Position numbers and translations under genes: made by a program. The notes under the pieces are model-generated. The model ran no database searches. It saw only the letters and a list, made by a program, of their open reading frames with translations, and was not told the DNA's origin. From an uncultured Alphaproteobacteria bacterium (GTDB lineage: Bacteria > Pseudomonadota > Alphaproteobacteria > Rhizobiales > Beijerinckiaceae), in assembly GCA_963841875.1 (NCBI GenBank), contig CAWJEI010000002.1, positions 91,838-155,837 on the forward strand: a stretch of DNA of 64,000 bases, written 5' to 3'. Shown one piece after another: positions 60,917-64,000 of this stretch (within the stretch, counting starts at the first letter, position 1; each line of letters starts with the position of its first letter).

Positions 60917-61513
60917 ATGCTCGTTCTACGCTATTCTCCCGCATCCCCCTACGCGCGCAAAGTGCGCATCGCCGCCGACTTATTGGGGCTGACGGATCGC
61001 ATCGAGATCGCGGGAGCCGATCTTTCCAACCCCGCCGACAGCATTCGCGCGCAAAATCCGCTCGGCAAAATCCCCGCGCTTGTGCTGGAGGACGGCTCGT
61101 CGCTCTACGACAGCCGCGTCATCGCTGAATATCTGGATCATCTCGCTGGCGGGGGAAGGCTCCTTTCCGCCGATCCCGCGAAGCGTTTCGCGGCGCTGCG
61201 CCTGCAGGCGCTGGGCGACGGGATAAACGACGCCGCACTGTTGATCCGCTATGAGGCTACCTCGCGGCCCGAGGCCAAGCGTTTTTCTGATTGGACGGAG
61301 CTGCAACAGGGCAAGATCGAGCGTTCCCTCGCCGCGCTTGAAGCCGCACCCCCATCAGGTCCAATTGACATAGGCCATATCGCGGTCGCGACGGCGCTTG
61401 GCTATCTGGATTTGCGCTTCGACGGCGCTTGGCGCGCGACCCATCCGAAACTCGTCGCCTGGCTCGACGCCTTTTCCAGCGCCACGCCGTCTTTCGAGGC
61501 GACGAAGGCCTGA
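60917..61513 (+). CDS. Glutathione S-transferase family protein
   Basis: Start at the internal ATG 60917 (MLVLRYSPASPYARKVRIAADLLGL…). N-terminal thioredoxin-like GST domain (...NPLGKIPALVLEDG...) plus a C-terminal helical domain. Confidence 0.75.
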   Translation: MLVLRYSPASPYARKVRIAADLLGLTDRIEIAGADLSNPADSIRAQNPLGKIPALVLEDGSSLYDSRVIAEYLDHLAGGGRLLSADPAKRFAALRLQALGDGINDAALLIRYEATSRPEAKRFSDWTELQQGKIERSLAALEAAPPSGPIDIGHIAVATALGYLDLRFDGAWRATHPKLVAWLDAFSSATPSFEATKA

Positions 61514-61570
61514 ACAAAACGCGGCGCGCGGCTTTTGCGCCGCGCGCCGTGGAGAATTGCGTCCACTCGC

Positions 61571-62101
61571 TCAGGTAGTGGGCGCTTTCCAGACTGTAGC
61601 GTCGCCCGTCGCCTTGGGCGCGGCGCTCGCCTGCGGCGCGGTGCCATCAGCGGCTTGCGGGATGCGAAGCACCTGGCCAGGGAAGATCTTGTCCGGGTCC
61701 TTCAGCAACGGCTTGTTGGCGTCGAAAATTTCCTGATATTTCGCCCCATGCCCGTGGCCGTAGGCGGCTTCCGCGATTTTCCAGAGGCTGTCGCCCGACT
61801 TCACAGTGTAAAAGCCCGAGCCCGTCTGGGGCGTCGCGACGGCGATATTGTTGACGACCTTCGTCACGCCTTGGGTATTGCCGACCGCGAGGGCGATCTT
61901 CTCCGAGTCCGCCGTCGTATCCGCCGAGCCGGTCAGCGTCACGGTTGAGCCGTCCACGGCGACGTCGATCTTCGATGCGTCAAATCCCGCCTTTGTGATC
62001 TCGGCCTTCAGCGCGTCGGCGGGAGCTGCGGTCGTTTCGGTCGCGCCTGCCGGCGCGGGCGCGGCGGGGCTTTTTTTCGTCAAAAAATCCAGTATGCCCA
62101 T
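61571..62101 (-). CDS. BON + LysM domain protein
   Basis: N-terminal BON-like segment (...KIDVAVDGSTVTLTGSADTTADSEKIALAVGNTQGVTKVVNNI) and a C-terminal LysM (YTVKSGDSLWKIAEAAYGHGHGAKYQEIFDANKPLLKDPDKIFPGQVLRIP). Confidence 0.7.
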   Translation of the reverse strand: MGILDFLTKKSPAAPAPAGATETTAAPADALKAEITKAGFDASKIDVAVDGSTVTLTGSADTTADSEKIALAVGNTQGVTKVVNNIAVATPQTGSGFYTVKSGDSLWKIAEAAYGHGHGAKYQEIFDANKPLLKDPDKIFPGQVLRIPQAADGTAPQASAAPKATGDATVWKAPTT

Positions 62102-62261
62102 TTGGTTCTCCTCACTATTTCATCGCAATCACGGCCGCTCGGCTGGACCGCTTGAAATATAATAGAGCGCCTTATCGTGACGCGCATGTGCAAAAAGACC
62201 CGGATCGCCATCGCGCCGGGCCTTTTGCACCGAGGGAACCTGAAACCGGGCCAGACTACTG

Positions 62262-62945
62262 CTAGAAATGATAGTTCACGCCAACCTTGACCTGGGAATT
62301 GTTGAGGCTGGTCTGGATCACATTTCGCGAGAAGTCGAAGTAGCGGTCCGAGCCCACCGAGGTGAACATATATTCGGCCTTCGCCGACAGATTATTGGTC
62401 AGCATGAATTCCAGGCCCGCGCCAAGCGCCCATCCTGTCTGCCAGGTGGATTGCTGCCCCGCGAAACCGGTCCAGATGTTGCCAACCGAAACGGTGTTGT
62501 TGCTGCCCGCGAAGCCTCCGGTGATATAGACCAGCGCACGATCGAAGGTGTAACCGACGCGCCCGCGGATCGTAAATATGTCGTCGATGCTGGTGTTGGT
62601 CGTAAAGCCGTAGTAGGGCAATTGCGAATTCTTGTTGCCGCTGAAGTCGAAGTCTCCTTCAAGACCGATCAACAGATTGGGCGCCACCATATAGTTGTAG
62701 CCGCCGGTGAAGCCGATGAGGCCGCCGGTCGAACTGCCGAGAAGCTGGCTTCCGCCATCGGTGAAAGAGGCAAAGCCGATGCCGCCGTTGATGCCGAGGT
62801 AAAAGCCCTGCCAATTGGCGATCGGGGTCGGGGAGTAATAATCCTGAGGCGGAGGCGAACGACGCGGCAGGTCGGCGGCCAATGCGGGCGCCGCCGAAAG
62901 AACGAAGGGCGCGAGCAGCGTCGCGAGAAGGGCCTGTCTCATCAT
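62262..62945 (-). CDS. Outer-membrane beta-barrel protein (Omp25/OmpA-like small porin family)
   Basis: Signal peptide and alternating amphipathic beta-strands, with C-terminal ...SQVKVGVNYHF (a terminal aromatic residue typical of OMPs). Confidence 0.7.
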   Translation of the reverse strand: MMRQALLATLLAPFVLSAAPALAADLPRRSPPPQDYYSPTPIANWQGFYLGINGGIGFASFTDGGSQLLGSSTGGLIGFTGGYNYMVAPNLLIGLEGDFDFSGNKNSQLPYYGFTTNTSIDDIFTIRGRVGYTFDRALVYITGGFAGSNNTVSVGNIWTGFAGQQSTWQTGWALGAGLEFMLTNNLSAKAEYMFTSVGSDRYFDFSRNVIQTSLNNSQVKVGVNYHF

Positions 62946-63299
62946 ATTAAACTCCGCTTACGCGCCTTCGCGATCTAACGAGGGCTTTGGACTCACGCCA
63001 GCCGGGGGTTGCTCCGCCAGCTTTGATGAATCGAATTAAAATCATTTAGCTTAACAAGACCTTTCCTTTGGCAGGACATCGAGAGCCTCAAAAGAAGCGA
63101 TTTGACAACCTTAATGTATATTTTGTGGCGTGATTTTGTTAGTTGAAGCATTTCCTGTCACTTTACTTGCCAAAATCGTTTATGCGCCTGAATTAAGTGC
63201 TTCTATAGCGGTTGATCTTGGATAATAAAGGGTCAATAAATGGCTCTGCCGAAGATTCGTGAAGTCCGGCAAGATCGCGGGCCGTGGGAGAAACTGGGC

Positions 63300-64000
63300 A
63301 TGAGCGAAGCGACAGGGCCTGTTCTGGTGACGGGCGCCGCGCGGCGGATCGGCCTCGCCATCGCGCATGGCTTCGCCAGAGCCGGGCGTCCCGTGGTCAT
63401 CCACGCTTCGCGCCGCTCGCTGCCGGAGGCGGAGCTTGCCGTTCAGGCGTTGAACAGCCTCGGCGCGCAAGCGGCGGCCATCGCCGGAGACCTTGCCGAC
63501 GCGCATGAAACGCAGGGGCTGATCGAGCGCGCGCAAGAAGCCTTCGGGCCGATCACGCTGCTGGTCAACAGCGCCTCGGTGTTCGAACTGGACAATGCGC
63601 AGGACTTTTCGCTCGACGTCTATGAACGCCAGATGGCGATCAATTTGCGCGCGCCGCTGATGCTGTCGCAGAGCTTCGCCGCGCGCCTGCCTGCTGGCGC
63701 GGAGGGCGCCGTCATCAACATTCTTGACCAGCGCGTCTGGCGCCTCACGCCGCGTTACTTCACCTATACGATCGCGAAATCCGCGCTATGGACCGCGACG
63801 CGAACCATGGCGCAGGCCTATGCGCCGAATATCCGCGTCAACGCCGTGGGGCCGGGGCCGGTACCTGCCAAACGCCTTTTACGGCGAAAAAGGCTTTGAG
63901 GCGGAAGTCGCCGGCGTGCCGCTGGAGCGGCCGACGGAAATGTCGAGCGTCGTCGACGCGGTGATTTATCTGAGCAATGCGCGCAATGTCACCGGGCAGA
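63300..64000 (+). CDS. SDR-family oxidoreductase (pteridine-reductase-like), with an apparent +1 frameshift near 63860-63870; runs off the window end
   Basis: Start at ATG 63300 (MSEATGPVLVTGAARRIGLAIA = TGxxxGxG Rossmann motif) and a YxxxK-type active-site region (YTIAKSAL). After ...NAVGPGP the conserved SDR C-terminus (...LPNAFYGEKGFEAEVAGVPLERPTEMSSVVDAVIYLSNARNVTGQ) continues in the +1 frame to the window edge. Confidence 0.75.

Noticed and set aside
1-64000. Search for tRNA/rRNA genes
   Set aside because: No cloverleaf-compatible GTTCGAATC-type T-arm/acceptor pattern or rRNA-like stretch was recognised by eye. This cannot be excluded without tRNAscan/Infernal.

Overview
This window is a GC-rich alphaproteobacterial (Rhizobiales-like) chromosomal segment, mostly densely packed housekeeping genes. 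In window order: RNase R (partial, N-terminal part only), a YdjC/HpnK-family deacetylase, a nadA-DUF4202-nadB-nadC NAD biosynthesis operon, two GGDEF-EAL signalling proteins, pyrB, cysK, Lrp and Rrf2 regulators, pcm, tolC, popZ, an ftsB-like gene, error-prone polymerase dnaE2 with a LexA box, a TrmH-family methyltransferase, gltA-MmcQ-gltX, flotillin, a multicopper oxidase, comEC, lexA with a LexA box, tonB, an hsp20 with a sigma32-type promoter, gltB-gltD, an L,D-transpeptidase, an SGNH hydrolase, RNase T2, rlmJ, GST, a BON/LysM protein, an OMP and an SDR (partial). No rRNA, tRNA or CRISPR was recognised.

Four short low-GC or accessory islets interrupt this backbone:
- (a) 1.8-2.9 kb: an orphan trypsin-like serine protease gene.
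- (b) 26.2-27.3 kb: a parDE toxin-antitoxin pair beside a decayed relic of a MmeI/PglX-like DNA methyltransferase.
- (c) 40.0-43.4 kb: an IS1595-family transposase followed by low-GC cargo (a DUF3800-like gene divergent from an unknown 215-aa gene), inserted between lexA and tonB.
- (d) 58.6-60.4 kb: a DUF262 (ParB/GmrSD-N-like) gene followed by a separate HEPN-like gene (R-x4-H motif), inserted between rlmJ and gst. This is the best candidate for an uncharacterised two-gene defence module.

At least 11 genes are interrupted by apparent +1 frameshifts, always consistent with a single extra base. This most likely reflects sequencing indel error rather than mass pseudogenisation, and it limits the confidence of any pseudogene call.
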